In this document: positions 1-9,956 of the stretch, piece by piece
Layout: each line of letters opens with the position of its first letter
How positions within the stretch are numbered: the stretch's first letter is position 1
NCBI GenBank assembly: GCA_020847095.1
Contig: JADLCR010000058.1
Span: forward strand, 3,778 to 67,777
Direction of reading: 5' to 3'
DNA from: Oligoflexia bacterium
Lineage (GTDB): Bacteria > Bdellovibrionota > Bdellovibrionia > JABDDW01
Length of the DNA stretch: 64,000 nucleotides
The notes under the pieces: model-generated
Told to the model about the DNA's origin: nothing
The model's database searches: none
Seen by the model: the letters and a program-made list of their open reading frames with translations, nothing else
Program-made: the position numbers and the translations under genes

Positions 1-342
1 ATCGGCTTCACCATTAGCAACTGGGGCCAAAAATGAACCGATTTCATCCATTCGCGACTGCCCATCTGCGTCCATAGAAAGTATGATATCGGGCTTTACA
101 GAAAGGCTGATCTTAAGGCCCTTCCACATGGCAAACCCGAGGCCCTTTCCTTCTCCAATGACGACCGTAGCACCGACACTTTTAGCAATGGCCCGAGTAT
201 CGTCACGGGAATCGTCCGTTACAAAAACCCGAACCAACTCATAGCCGAGCCGTTCAATCTCTGCTTTTGCACTGAGAATCACTTCACGAATTGTTGCTGA
301 CTCATTTTTAGTAGGTATTACAACAGCAACTTTCTTCTTCAT
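1..342 (-). CDS. Glycosyltransferase family 2 (polyprenol-phosphate glycosyltransferase / DPM1-like), N-terminal part, truncated by window edge
   Basis: Manual translation from ATG at 342: MKKKVAVVIPTKNESATIREVI...VFVTDDSRDDTRAIA...GEGKGLGFAM...DIILSMDADGQ. These are the GT2 motifs VVIP-x-x-NE, DD-S-x-D and DADGQ. The frame stays open to position 1. Confidence 0.9.
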   Translation of the reverse strand, partial: MKKKVAVVIPTKNESATIREVILSAKAEIERLGYELVRVFVTDDSRDDTRAIAKSVGATVVIGEGKGLGFAMWKGLKISLSVKPDIILSMDADGQSRMDEIGSFLAPVANGEAD

Positions 343-351
343 GTTTTTTCC

Positions 352-1665
352 TTAACAGATGGCTTCGTACCGTGGATGTTTAGTGATTGAATACGGCCAC
401 TTATGCCATTTCAAATCTATGATGGTCCCCTTGAAATTGGCAAGTTGGTCAACATCGTCTTTTGGCAAATTATAGGGCCCAAGTAGAATCATTTCCGAAC
501 TGTTCAGCGCCTCGCTCAAATTATTCGCCAAAACAATTTTGTCTCCGTAACGCTCTTTGAGTTTCTCCTGCGCTTGGGGACGGTCAACCACGGAGATTAG
601 CCCCGGCTTCTGATAAGAGGGCATTTCCATCAAACGATCAATAGCTTCAACAATAGGGCTAAATCTAATGTCATCTGTATTAGCTTTGAAGGTCGCCCCA
701 ACAAAGCTCACATTTTTCACATTAGCTTTTTCAATCATATATAAAAGTCTATCGATATGTTCGTCATTACTCACCAGAACAGAATCCAACAATGGAGTTT
801 TGAGCCCTTTGTGACTAGCTAGCGAGGAAGCTGTATGAAGCTCTTTAGGCAAACAAGAGCCGCCAAAGGCAAAACCAGGTCTCAAATAAACTGGTGAAAT
901 ATTAAGTGTGGTATCACTTAAAAATAGATCGAATAACTCGTTAGAGTTTACTGAATAGGCTTTGCATATCACACCCATTTCATTTGCGAATGCTACTTTG
1001 GCCGCGTGAAAGCAGTTGTTGATATACTTAATCATCTCAGCCGCACGAATACTTGATCTATGCGCTGGTTTGGCAACTCGGAAAATCAGGTTGATTTTCT
1101 CTAAAATGGCAGCGGCGTTTTCTTGCTCTGAAAAACCAACAACGTTAAGACTGGGATTAAAGAAGTCAGAGATCGCCTGCCCTTCTCTTAAAAACTCTGG
1201 ATAAAAACAAACATGAAAATCCTTCCCTGACTTTCTCTTACTTTCAGTTTCAAGCATTGGAATAACTAGTTCTTCCGTAGTTCCAGGCGGACTTGTGCTG
1301 CGGATTATTACAAGGGGATGATTTTGAGAATCTCTCAAAATGCGTCCAATTGACATGACGGTGGATTTTAATTGGGAAAGATTGGCCCCGCCTGAACTTA
1401 GGCTTGGGGTGCCTACACAAACAATATAAACGTCCGCATCAATTTCCCCCGGTTCTAGCTGAGATTTGAATTTCATGCGTGATGAACCGTGAGCCTTGTC
1501 AAAAAGTTCAGCAAGCCCAGGTTCGTAAATTGGAATTTGCTTTTCCTGAAAGGCCTTGAGCTTTTCTTCGTTTACTTCAATTCCTGTAATTTCGTGGTCT
1601 AAGGAATGAAGGCAAATTGACGTAATTGTCCCCACATAGCCTAGCCCAAGCACCGTAATCTTCAT
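352..1665 (-). CDS. UDP-glucose/GDP-mannose dehydrogenase family, AlgD-like
   Basis: Rossmann GLGYVG, PIYEPGL, CVGTPS, IIRST-PPGTT, PEFLREG, catalytic K in EMIKY, and YLRPGFAFGGSCLPK (catalytic Cys; this segment resembles AlgD more than Ugd). Confidence 0.9.
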   Translation of the reverse strand: MKITVLGLGYVGTITSICLHSLDHEITGIEVNEEKLKAFQEKQIPIYEPGLAELFDKAHGSSRMKFKSQLEPGEIDADVYIVCVGTPSLSSGGANLSQLKSTVMSIGRILRDSQNHPLVIIRSTSPPGTTEELVIPMLETESKRKSGKDFHVCFYPEFLREGQAISDFFNPSLNVVGFSEQENAAAILEKINLIFRVAKPAHRSSIRAAEMIKYINNCFHAAKVAFANEMGVICKAYSVNSNELFDLFLSDTTLNISPVYLRPGFAFGGSCLPKELHTASSLASHKGLKTPLLDSVLVSNDEHIDRLLYMIEKANVKNVSFVGATFKANTDDIRFSPIVEAIDRLMEMPSYQKPGLISVVDRPQAQEKLKERYGDKIVLANNLSEALNSSEMILLGPYNLPKDDVDQLANFKGTIIDLKWHKWPYSITKHPRYEAIC

Positions 1666-1736
1666 AACTTATAACCTAGTACTATGGGGTCCCAGGCTTG
1701 TCAATCGAAGGCCCTGCAAAGCCGCCCGCTGTTAGG

Positions 1737-2618
1737 CTAAGCTTTTTTTCGTCCAACAAGATAAAGGTTCGTTTTTCTCCGGGTCAAATCATGCCAAAGA
1801 TAGATCACCCGTAATCCGATTTGTACCAGCCTATTACGCGACGCCTTCCGGCAATCATAGTTCTCTTGCTCTAACTCTAGAACTTCAAAACCCGCAGCCT
1901 CGACCAGTTGAACCAGATTTCGTGGATTAAAGTAAAAGAGATGAAAATCGGGGTAAAGTCGCTTTAGAGGGGCCAGAACTCCTAGTTTATAAAAGAAATC
2001 GCCAATCCGGCAAAGCAGATTGTCAACGCTCACCGTGCTTAGGAAGAGGTGCCCGCCGGGCACCGTCAGCCTATTTATTCGGTTAAGCCAATCTAACGGG
2101 TTGGGACAATGCTCAATCACGTCAAAAGAAAATACAGCCCTGTAACTGGCATTTGAACCTGAAAGGTCTTCTACTGTTCCCGTCTTAACTTGGACCCCTA
2201 AAGATTGACTGACCTTCTCAGCTAAAGATGCTGAAATTTCAAGCCCCATCACATTGATTTCCAATTCGCGACAAATTCTTAAAAAAGTCCCTCGTCCGGA
2301 GCCAATTTCAAGAACCTGATCTGACGGTTGAAGGTGCGGCTTAATATACTTGGCCATTCGTCGCATCTGTAAATAGTGATTGGACTTTTCTTTAAACTCA
2401 TCGAAATCAAAGTAGGCAAGATCCCCATAAGTATCACCTTGGTAAATCTCGTCTAACTGAATTTCGCTTGGCAGCGACTCGAATCGAATCAATCCGCAAA
2501 CTGTGCATTTAACAAGTCGATCAATTGATATGGCATAGAGCGGCTCATGAGTTCCACCCCCACAGGCTACGCAATTCAGCGCTAAATTCCTGCTACGCAC
2601 CTGCATCTCCGTCGTCAT
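1737..2618 (-). CDS. Class I SAM-dependent methyltransferase with N-terminal CxxC...CxxC module (polysaccharide-cluster type)
   Basis: CVAC...CTVC, motif I VLEIGSGRG, FDVIEHCPNP, PGG-x-L-x-L, and H-L-F-Y-F-N. Confidence 0.85.
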   Translation of the reverse strand: MTTEMQVRSRNLALNCVACGGGTHEPLYAISIDRLVKCTVCGLIRFESLPSEIQLDEIYQGDTYGDLAYFDFDEFKEKSNHYLQMRRMAKYIKPHLQPSDQVLEIGSGRGTFLRICRELEINVMGLEISASLAEKVSQSLGVQVKTGTVEDLSGSNASYRAVFSFDVIEHCPNPLDWLNRINRLTVPGGHLFLSTVSVDNLLCRIGDFFYKLGVLAPLKRLYPDFHLFYFNPRNLVQLVEAAGFEVLELEQENYDCRKASRNRLVQIGLRVIYLWHDLTRRKTNLYLVGRKKA

Positions 2619-3439
2619 GATTCTTTCAATTGTCTCAAGTGATATGACTTCACTAAATTGACGTGAATGCCACCGCCTTTAAACGGCCAGAGACGGAAAG
2701 CGACTGTTGAAAAATACTTCCGCATGACGCCTTCGATTAAATTAATTGTATTACAATGATCCATACTCTGTGCTTCTCGCGCTTGCTTCGGAGTTATTTG
2801 CATGACTTTTGCTGTTTTTTGAGAAGTCACCCATCTTGCTGCGGTCACGGCCAGACTTCCTTCGGTGGGAACAAGAACGTACAAATCGCCGTCTTCGGCA
2901 AGACATCTTTGAATTTCCGCCATGGCAGTTTCCAAGTAGAAAACGTGCTCCAAAACGGCGATGCAAATAATCCTTTGAATGGAATTGTTTCGCAATGGCA
3001 ACTGGCTTAAGTTTCCTGCGAGAAGCGGGATATTCGGAAATCGCCTGCGAGTCTCTTTAAGAATATCAAATCCGAAGTCAAGCCCAATGAGTTTGGAGTG
3101 ATCACCCATGAATGCAAACCCCTCACCAAGTCCACATCCCAAATCCAACGTAATTCCATTTGTGGGCCTGATTAGCTTAAACAAGTCCTTTTTGAACATG
3201 ACTTCGAGCTTGGCAGACAGACTTCCGGGGGCGTAGTACGCCTCATGATGTTTAGCAATATTTTGCATAAATGTTCTGTAGGTACTATTTCGATAAAATC
3301 TTTGGGAATCATTTGGCGATGCTGATAATAAATTGATAATCTCGTTTTCAATTGGAAAAGCCAACCCACAACGATTGCAACTTACTGCGTGCTCGCCAAA
3401 ATTGGAGAAATCCGCCTTACACTTTGGACAGCAAATCAC
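2615..3439 (-). CDS. Class I SAM-dependent methyltransferase with N-terminal Trm112-like zinc ribbon
   Basis: CPKC...CNRC...FPIENEIINLL, LDLGCGLG, LPLRNNS...VLEHV. Overlaps the next gene by 4 nt. Confidence 0.85.
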   Translation of the reverse strand: MICCPKCKADFSNFGEHAVSCNRCGLAFPIENEIINLLSASPNDSQRFYRNSTYRTFMQNIAKHHEAYYAPGSLSAKLEVMFKKDLFKLIRPTNGITLDLGCGLGEGFAFMGDHSKLIGLDFGFDILKETRRRFPNIPLLAGNLSQLPLRNNSIQRIICIAVLEHVFYLETAMAEIQRCLAEDGDLYVLVPTEGSLAVTAARWVTSQKTAKVMQITPKQAREAQSMDHCNTINLIEGVMRKYFSTVAFRLWPFKGGGIHVNLVKSYHLRQLKES

Positions 3440-3485
3440 TTGTTTAATCAGATTCAGATTCAGTCGTTAACCCCTTGTCAAACCT

Positions 3486-5672
3486 TCACGTTCTATGAGC
3501 AAAAACTTTTTGCTCTAATCGTCGAAACCATAACATTTTAGGACACAAAATCACGACAATGAAAACACCAAGAAAGACAAACAGACTAAGTACCGTCAAT
3601 ATTTTAATTCCAACCGGATGAAATTTGAGAGTGACAACTTTCTCGTGAGCCGGAACATCAATGACAACAAAAGCACCCAAAAGCGACTCAACAGGAGATA
3701 CTTTTCTCCCATTTGAATATGTGACTAACCACTCTGGTCGAAAAAGCTGTCTAAACAATAATTTACGTTGTTGCGAACTTGGGGCAAAGGTAATTTTAAA
3801 CTCATCCCAAGCACCCTCAATCTGCACTGGATCAGGCAGTATGATCTTATTGAATTCCAACCAATTGTTCTCAAGAAACGTGATTGGCGTCCCATCAGGC
3901 TTTTTCCCAAGGGCGCTTGGCGCCCTTGCGACATCAAAAAAAACTCCACGGGGCTGCGCATTGTTATTCTTAAAAAAGTAAATTTGCTCACCATCAATTT
4001 TCAAATTAAAGGCGCCGACTTGCGAGAAGCTCTTCTCTAAATTGCGAAGATTGGCTTCCTTTTCTGAAGTGATGACGGCATCGATTCCAAGAAAGTTCGC
4101 ATTTTCTGGCAGAAGCATTGATTCATCCAAACTTGGAATTGCTCCATATGGAAAATATGGGTCAGGTGCAATTTTATGCAAGGAAAGGTTCTTAAAATAC
4201 CGCCGAGGAATCAAAAAGTAACCGGCTCTGGCAAAATCTGAAGAAGCGTAAATACCATCAGCCCTCATTCTCCCCCGCCTCAGCAACTCCTCAGAAACGC
4301 GAGACGATGTATAGAAACGTGTGCCCGGAGAAAAATGCTCGCGCAGAGCCTTGATCAACGGAGATTGATTAACATCTCCTCTAAAAGGTATGTCTTGATT
4401 TGCCAAATGCGCCTTAAATTCAGGAGCAAAAACAAATAAACACTGAGTGAGTAAAGTCAAAATAAGTAAATGCAATGCCGGTTTAGCAAATTTCTGTTTT
4501 TGAAACCGGCAAAACAAGCCCTGGGTCCCTATTGCAAAGCACATAATCCCAAATAATGTTGCAGGGTCACGAAACAAAAAAGCTCCCGAAAGGACGCTAG
4601 CAATTGCCGAAGGATGGGTACACGATAAAACGACTGAGACAAAAAAAGTCAGAGAAGGAGCGGTGACAGAGAAAATATTTCCGGCCCCACCAAATTGAAA
4701 AATTCGAAGAAAGTCACGTAAAACAAATCCGCAACAAAGGAAGAACGCCAGAGAAATAAAGCATCCGCGAGCGCCATAATGAAAAACTGAGAAAAAGACA
4801 GAAGTATCAAGTCCAAGGATTTTTGCAAAATCGAGAGGCCTAATTGCCCAGGCTATCCAATCCAAATAGGCATATTCAGGGGCGGAGTACTTAATGGTTC
4901 CCGGCAAAAAGTCTCCAATTTGCTTTTTTAGTCGATAAATCTCGGGCGAACAAACAAGAACAAGAATCATGCCGATGATCGCACTCGCCCACAGATGACT
5001 CTTAGTTGGTTTAAAATTCACTCGAGCAAGGGCATAGAATGCCAACATCACAGAATAAAGGACACACAAGCTCATGTGACTCCAATAAAAGAGCAATGAC
5101 ATAATGAGCGCCAACGACAAAGTGTCCTTCATTGAAATTTGAGCGACAGACGAACGCACCACACGTTCTATAAAGTAAACAACGACGGGCAACATGTTGA
5201 ACATATACAAAACGGGAGCCCAATCTTCTTGGTAGCTATAGGCAAAATTCGATGAGCTGAATGCGAAAAGAAAACAGCTGGTATATCGTAGAGGCCCCAT
5301 GACCTTGAAGAGAGAAAGTATCTTATCGAGAAAAATGAGTGCAATAAAGAGATGAACAACTTGAAACAAGTAGGTTGTGATTGGATAAGGCAAAAATTTG
5401 TACAATGATAAAAGAGGATGAAATAAAAGATTGAATCCGATCGGCAAAGGCGATCCAAATCCAAGCATATCCTGCCAACGCACAATCCTTAGTTCCGAAA
5501 ATCGTGCCATCTGGGTCAACAACGAAAAAATCTCGTTGTCGTACTGCTCCATATCCATTCGATCCGCAAATAGAATGGGCAATTCAAAGATTAAGACAAA
5601 AAATAAAAGGCCAAAAAGGACTATAAGTTTTTGCTTCGAGACGGGCGACTTCTCACCACTGTTTTTTGGCAT
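3486..5672 (-). CDS. Multi-pass membrane protein, YfhO-like (putative GT-C fold glycosyltransferase)
   Basis: About 12 hydrophobic segments. N-terminal W-x-D-x-x-G-x-G-x-P...F-H-P-L loop typical of YfhO/GT-C, large soluble domain ending F-R-P-E-W...F-H-P, then a final TM helix. Confidence 0.7.
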   Translation of the reverse strand: MPKNSGEKSPVSKQKLIVLFGLLFFVLIFELPILFADRMDMEQYDNEIFSLLTQMARFSELRIVRWQDMLGFGSPLPIGFNLLFHPLLSLYKFLPYPITTYLFQVVHLFIALIFLDKILSLFKVMGPLRYTSCFLFAFSSSNFAYSYQEDWAPVLYMFNMLPVVVYFIERVVRSSVAQISMKDTLSLALIMSLLFYWSHMSLCVLYSVMLAFYALARVNFKPTKSHLWASAIIGMILVLVCSPEIYRLKKQIGDFLPGTIKYSAPEYAYLDWIAWAIRPLDFAKILGLDTSVFFSVFHYGARGCFISLAFFLCCGFVLRDFLRIFQFGGAGNIFSVTAPSLTFFVSVVLSCTHPSAIASVLSGAFLFRDPATLFGIMCFAIGTQGLFCRFQKQKFAKPALHLLILTLLTQCLFVFAPEFKAHLANQDIPFRGDVNQSPLIKALREHFSPGTRFYTSSRVSEELLRRGRMRADGIYASSDFARAGYFLIPRRYFKNLSLHKIAPDPYFPYGAIPSLDESMLLPENANFLGIDAVITSEKEANLRNLEKSFSQVGAFNLKIDGEQIYFFKNNNAQPRGVFFDVARAPSALGKKPDGTPITFLENNWLEFNKIILPDPVQIEGAWDEFKITFAPSSQQRKLLFRQLFRPEWLVTYSNGRKVSPVESLLGAFVVIDVPAHEKVVTLKFHPVGIKILTVLSLFVFLGVFIVVILCPKMLWFRRLEQKVFAHRT

Positions 5673-6237
5673 TTTCTACGCCTGACGCAGTGAGTCTTTT
5701 AACCTTTTGTTGAATTCTCTTCTCCGCATCTTCAGGGAGCCCTTCTTTGACTTGTAGCGCCACATCTAGCCAAGACTCAATGATTCTGGCGTATGTATCA
5801 GGTTTAACCTGCGAGGAAGATCGCACGGCCTTTTCGAGAAGCATTTTTGCGTTTTCAGCCGTGAGGGCAGCCCGCGCCTCATTGACGATTCGAACGGGCA
5901 ACTCAATCACTCTAAGGACAAGAATGTTTAAAACCATGGCGATAACGACTGTTGCAAACAAGAGTTTTAAAAAAAGAGCCTTTAAAGCAAAATGACGCTC
6001 AGCCGCCTGATTTGAAGTTGGACGGGCCCTGTCAATTTCATCAAAGGGAACTCCTGCCGCTTCGAAATCGCCTCTTAGGGCATTATAGTTTGTTTTCAAA
6101 TCATTGAGCGCATCTGAAGCGTCAGCACCCTTTCCGAAGATGGATGTGCCCCCGATGCGCGCAAAATACTGATCATTTGCATGCGACAAAATGATTGTAC
6201 GGGAATCTAAAAGCTCTTTCCAAGACGGGGTTTCCAT
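5653..6237 (-). CDS. Hypothetical single-pass membrane protein with HicB-like N-terminal segment
   Basis: Likely start METPSW at 6237 (ORF track begins 6348). YFARIGGTSIFGKGADASDALNDL...EAAGVPF resembles the HicB N-domain pattern. TM segment LFLKLLFATVVIAMVLNILVL follows. Confidence 0.55.
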   Translation of the reverse strand: METPSWKELLDSRTIILSHANDQYFARIGGTSIFGKGADASDALNDLKTNYNALRGDFEAAGVPFDEIDRARPTSNQAAERHFALKALFLKLLFATVVIAMVLNILVLRVIELPVRIVNEARAALTAENAKMLLEKAVRSSSQVKPDTYARIIESWLDVALQVKEGLPEDAEKRIQQKVKRLTASGVENAKKQW

Positions 6238-6379
6238 CCTGATGTTTCTAGTATATTTTTTTGAGTTAAACAATAGCTTACGAAGCAATCTTCCGAGGCA
6301 CTGACATCGACTTGTGTCGGCCAGTCCAGGGGTCAAATGTATTGACACCTATTTATCAGAAGGGTACCAAAGTAGAACT

Positions 6380-7420
6380 ATGACAAAAAGCCATTCCATT
6401 CGAATCGGAATCACTGGATTTGGGAAAATGGGTCTACTTCATACCGCAATATTGAACGGTTTCGAAGACAGCAAAGTCGTGGCTGTTAGCGACCCTTCTC
6501 CGATGATCACAAAAGTACTTTCAAACTTGAATCCCAACATACACGCTTACGAAGATCTATCCGAAATGCTGGAAAAAGAACCGCTAGATGCGGTTGTCAT
6601 TGCATCACCTGTGTCGTTTCACGAATCAGCAGCCCTTGCCTGCATCGAAAAAGGGATTCCATTTTTTATGGAAAAGCCGTTGGTCGCTCACCTTCAGCAA
6701 GGTAAGAATATTTGTGCTGCCCTTGAGAAAAAGCCCACTCCGCACATGATCGGATTTATGTGCCGCTATATCGAAGCCTTTCAAAAAGGACAAGAAGTAG
6801 TACTTTCAAAAGCCTTAGGCCGATTACATCGCGTGAGCGCCAGCATTTACGTCGCACAGCTATTCAATAAAGGCGTTGGATGGCGCTACGACCGTAAAGT
6901 TTCTGGTGGCGGTGTCTTGTTAAGTCAAGGATCTCATGTGCTCGACTTACTAACTTGGTATTTTGGAAAAATCACTCGAGTGAATGCAGAGGTTACTTCT
7001 CTTTACTCATCCGAAATCGAAGATGCTGCACACGTGATGTTGGAATTTCAATCGGGTTTAAGAGGAGTCTTAGACTGCTGTTGGAGCAAGAGATTTCATC
7101 GCACCCCAGAAACTCGCATTGAAGTGGCAGGAGACAATGGAACTCTAACAGTGACAGATGACGGGATAAGCCTTTATCTCGATGAGTCCGCCTCTGGGTA
7201 TCAGAAGGGGTGGACTAACCTAACAGCTCCAGAGCTTTACCAAGGCGTGGAAGTAGACGTTGGCGGGGGTCAGTACACTCGCGAACTACGAGACTTCTTA
7301 AACATTTTAAAAACCGGAAAGCCCTCTCCAATCACCGCTCAGCAAGCATTGCACGTGCAACATGTTATCGAAGCAGCGTACCTGTCTGCGGAACGAAAAG
7401 GCACACCAGAGGTAATTTGA
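6380..7420 (+). CDS. Gfo/Idh/MocA family NAD(P)-dependent oxidoreductase
   Basis: IGITGFGKMG, DAVVIASP, FMEKPL, GGGVLLSQGSHVLD. ATG at 6380 chosen over the upstream GTG at 6314. Confidence 0.92.
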   Translation: MTKSHSIRIGITGFGKMGLLHTAILNGFEDSKVVAVSDPSPMITKVLSNLNPNIHAYEDLSEMLEKEPLDAVVIASPVSFHESAALACIEKGIPFFMEKPLVAHLQQGKNICAALEKKPTPHMIGFMCRYIEAFQKGQEVVLSKALGRLHRVSASIYVAQLFNKGVGWRYDRKVSGGGVLLSQGSHVLDLLTWYFGKITRVNAEVTSLYSSEIEDAAHVMLEFQSGLRGVLDCCWSKRFHRTPETRIEVAGDNGTLTVTDDGISLYLDESASGYQKGWTNLTAPELYQGVEVDVGGGQYTRELRDFLNILKTGKPSPITAQQALHVQHVIEAAYLSAERKGTPEVI

Positions 7421-7422
7421 GA

Positions 7423-8331
7423 ATGACCACAAAAATCGACTCAATCATTCTTGGTCACAATCCATTCTTCGGAATTGATCATCTCTCAGCACAGAGGGGA
7501 AATGAAAAATCTCAGCGCTTTGAAGACGTTGGAAAAATAATTGAGGTATTGAAGCATTCACACTCCTTGGGAGCCCGGGGAATGATGATGTCGACTCATC
7601 CACGAGCTCAAAGTGTTTCAAAAGCGATACTTGAAGATTCGGTTTTATCAAGTTCATGGAGAGTTTACCCACTAGTCCCCTACATTCAAAAATATGTGAG
7701 AGGCTCTAACGAAAAGGGCTTAGGCAATTTACTTGTTGAGACTCTCAGTCAAGCTACCTTGGGACAAAAGCTAGGGCTATTACTCCGAGGCGGCAAGGGA
7801 CTCATAACTAAGGATTTAAAGCAGCTTGTTGAATTGCTGGTAGATATTGAAATGCTTCCCTTTCAAAAACTTAATTTAGGCGCCATTTTTTTGCACGACG
7901 TGGTCACAGATCTTGTTTTCAATTTAGGGCTGGACAACGCGTTTGAATATTTTCGAGATCACGTTCAAAAAAAATACGGAGTGCCCGCGGCCTTTGTAAC
8001 CAAGAACTTGCCAGCAATTCATCGAAAATTTAAGGCAAATGGGTGGCTTGATTCACCCATTATGGCTTCTCTAAACTCAGTCGGTTTTTACGTCAATCCT
8101 TCAATTGAAGCCTGTCAAGAGGCTTTGTTTGACCCAAATTTGAACTTTGTTGCCATGAACTCTTTGGCGTCAGGCCATCTTTCACCTGATGATGCCTACA
8201 AATTCTTAGCCAGATATCCCGCATTACGCTCAGTAGTGGTTGGAGTGTCGCGAAAAGAAAGTGCTACCCAGACAATCGGGGCCATGTCACGCCATTTAAA
8301 ATTTGAATTACCTCCCCAAGAAAAACTGTGA
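7423..8331 (+). CDS. Hypothetical protein, possibly aldo/keto-reductase-like TIM barrel
   Basis: Long ORF coupled to both neighbours. Alternating beta/alpha pattern (ILGHNPFFG...VAMNSLASG...VVVGVSRKE) loosely resembles AKR. Fold is inferred. Confidence 0.5.
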   Translation: MTTKIDSIILGHNPFFGIDHLSAQRGNEKSQRFEDVGKIIEVLKHSHSLGARGMMMSTHPRAQSVSKAILEDSVLSSSWRVYPLVPYIQKYVRGSNEKGLGNLLVETLSQATLGQKLGLLLRGGKGLITKDLKQLVELLVDIEMLPFQKLNLGAIFLHDVVTDLVFNLGLDNAFEYFRDHVQKKYGVPAAFVTKNLPAIHRKFKANGWLDSPIMASLNSVGFYVNPSIEACQEALFDPNLNFVAMNSLASGHLSPDDAYKFLARYPALRSVVVGVSRKESATQTIGAMSRHLKFELPPQEKL

Positions 8332-9956
8332 TTGCACGCTGGGTTCTTGAGTCCATGGCTCGCCAACTCAGCCGATTGGACAGGCGAGAGTGGTCGCCTA
8401 CCTTCGGGTGCTTCGACAGAGATTATTGGAAATACAAAACTCTCAGCGAATTTCCAAGGCTCACCTTTCAGCAGTCTACACTCGCCCTGACTCTTCTTTA
8501 TAAGAATCGGTTTGATGGCAATATTTACTATGGCAACTCTGAAGTTAAGACTTGGATTGAAGCTGCAATATTGTTTTGGGTGAAAAACAAAAACGCAGAT
8601 GGATCAGTAGACGAGTGGTTTGAAAATGAACGGAGCTTTTGCGCAACAGCTCACACTGCTTTTGCCATAAGCGAAGCTGTAGCATTGATGCGAGAAGAGC
8701 TTTCGACTCAAACCCTTCAAGAAATCTATGAATCACTTGAGACAACTGCACTTTGGTTATCCAAGCATCAGAATTTTGAAGTAGCTAATCAAATGGCCGC
8801 TTCCCTTTTGGCCATCGAACGAGTTTATTTCCTAACGAAGAAGGATTCTTTAAAAAGCGCTTACGCGATTCGAAAAAGTGAATTTTTGAAGATGCAAAAT
8901 AGAGAAGGTTGGTTTTCAGAATACGGTGGCGCTGATATTGGATACTCACTTTTGACTCTAGATCTACAGGCCTTGCTTTCTCTCAACACAAATGAACCTG
9001 AATATGAAAGGGCCATGATCAAGCTTACAGAGTTTCTGGCAAATTTTGTTAGATCCGATGGCGTTAGTGGTGGGAATATTGGAAGCCGCGCCACCTGTCA
9101 CTACTTTCCATTTGGCCTCAAATATTTAGCCTCTCAAGGAAATGACTTGGCCAAAATTTTATTTTCGAAAATGAATTTAGCATCCGAATCTGGAAATCTT
9201 CCTAACCCCGCAATTGTCGATGACAATTATTGCTCTTATTTTTACTTAAACTCATTTTGTTTATCGATCTCGAGGCCAGGCATTGCAATAGCGAATCCAT
9301 TGGCGTCGACCGCAAAAAATGAGATTAAATATTTTTCTGAATCTGGCCTATTAGTAGTTCGCACGAATAAGTACGAAATGATTTTTTCGGCAAGCCGAGG
9401 CGGGAGTCTTTCAGTTGTAAGCATTTCAGGTGAAGTGTACGAAGACGGCGGATACTTTATTAGTACAAAAGATAACCGTTGGATTACCAGCCAGACGTCC
9501 AATCGCACACCCGAGCTTCAAGTAAATTCAAATATGCCCTTGATCATAGATTTGAAAACTGATTTCCAAAAAGTGGATAGAAGCCTACCTATGAAAAGCT
9601 ATGGCATACTTTTTCGGATTTTTGCCAAATGGATTTTGGCTATTCCAGGGCTCTCAATACGATTCACGAGGTGGCTGAAGCATCGAAAGATCACAAAAGC
9701 AAAAACGGTTTTATCTCAATCTCCCTGCATTCTTCATCGTCACATTGAATGCAACCCACATTCTATCAAAATTGAAGATACTCTCAACCTTCGCCCCGGC
9801 GTTGTCATTGAAAAGGTCCTTCGCTGCAAAACAGATGTTGCCCTGCATAGTCCGTCAACGGGCACCTTTTTAGTTAACGACTTAACATCCCAGCTACTCC
9901 CGTTAGAGGAGGGTTTGAGCAGAACGAATCAGTTTACCTATGAACTTGAGTTTTAA
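8328..9956 (+). CDS. Hypothetical protein with probable alpha/alpha toroid plus beta-sandwich (heparinase II/III-like architecture)
   Basis: Helical N-terminal ~320 aa with CFDRDYW, Q/N-x-x-DGS-x-x-E and EGWFSEYGGADIGY, then a beta-rich C-terminal part. 4-nt overlap with the upstream gene. Confidence 0.55.
   Translation: MIARWVLESMARQLSRLDRREWSPTFGCFDRDYWKYKTLSEFPRLTFQQSTLALTLLYKNRFDGNIYYGNSEVKTWIEAAILFWVKNKNADGSVDEWFENERSFCATAHTAFAISEAVALMREELSTQTLQEIYESLETTALWLSKHQNFEVANQMAASLLAIERVYFLTKKDSLKSAYAIRKSEFLKMQNREGWFSEYGGADIGYSLLTLDLQALLSLNTNEPEYERAMIKLTEFLANFVRSDGVSGGNIGSRATCHYFPFGLKYLASQGNDLAKILFSKMNLASESGNLPNPAIVDDNYCSYFYLNSFCLSISRPGIAIANPLASTAKNEIKYFSESGLLVVRTNKYEMIFSASRGGSLSVVSISGEVYEDGGYFISTKDNRWITSQTSNRTPELQVNSNMPLIIDLKTDFQKVDRSLPMKSYGILFRIFAKWILAIPGLSIRFTRWLKHRKITKAKTVLSQSPCILHRHIECNPHSIKIEDTLNLRPGVVIEKVLRCKTDVALHSPSTGTFLVNDLTSQLLPLEEGLSRTNQFTYELEF

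Noticed and set aside
5653-6237. HicAB toxin-antitoxin module
   Set aside because: No HicA ORF nearby, and the HicB-like segment is fused to a TM helix with no DNA-binding domain.
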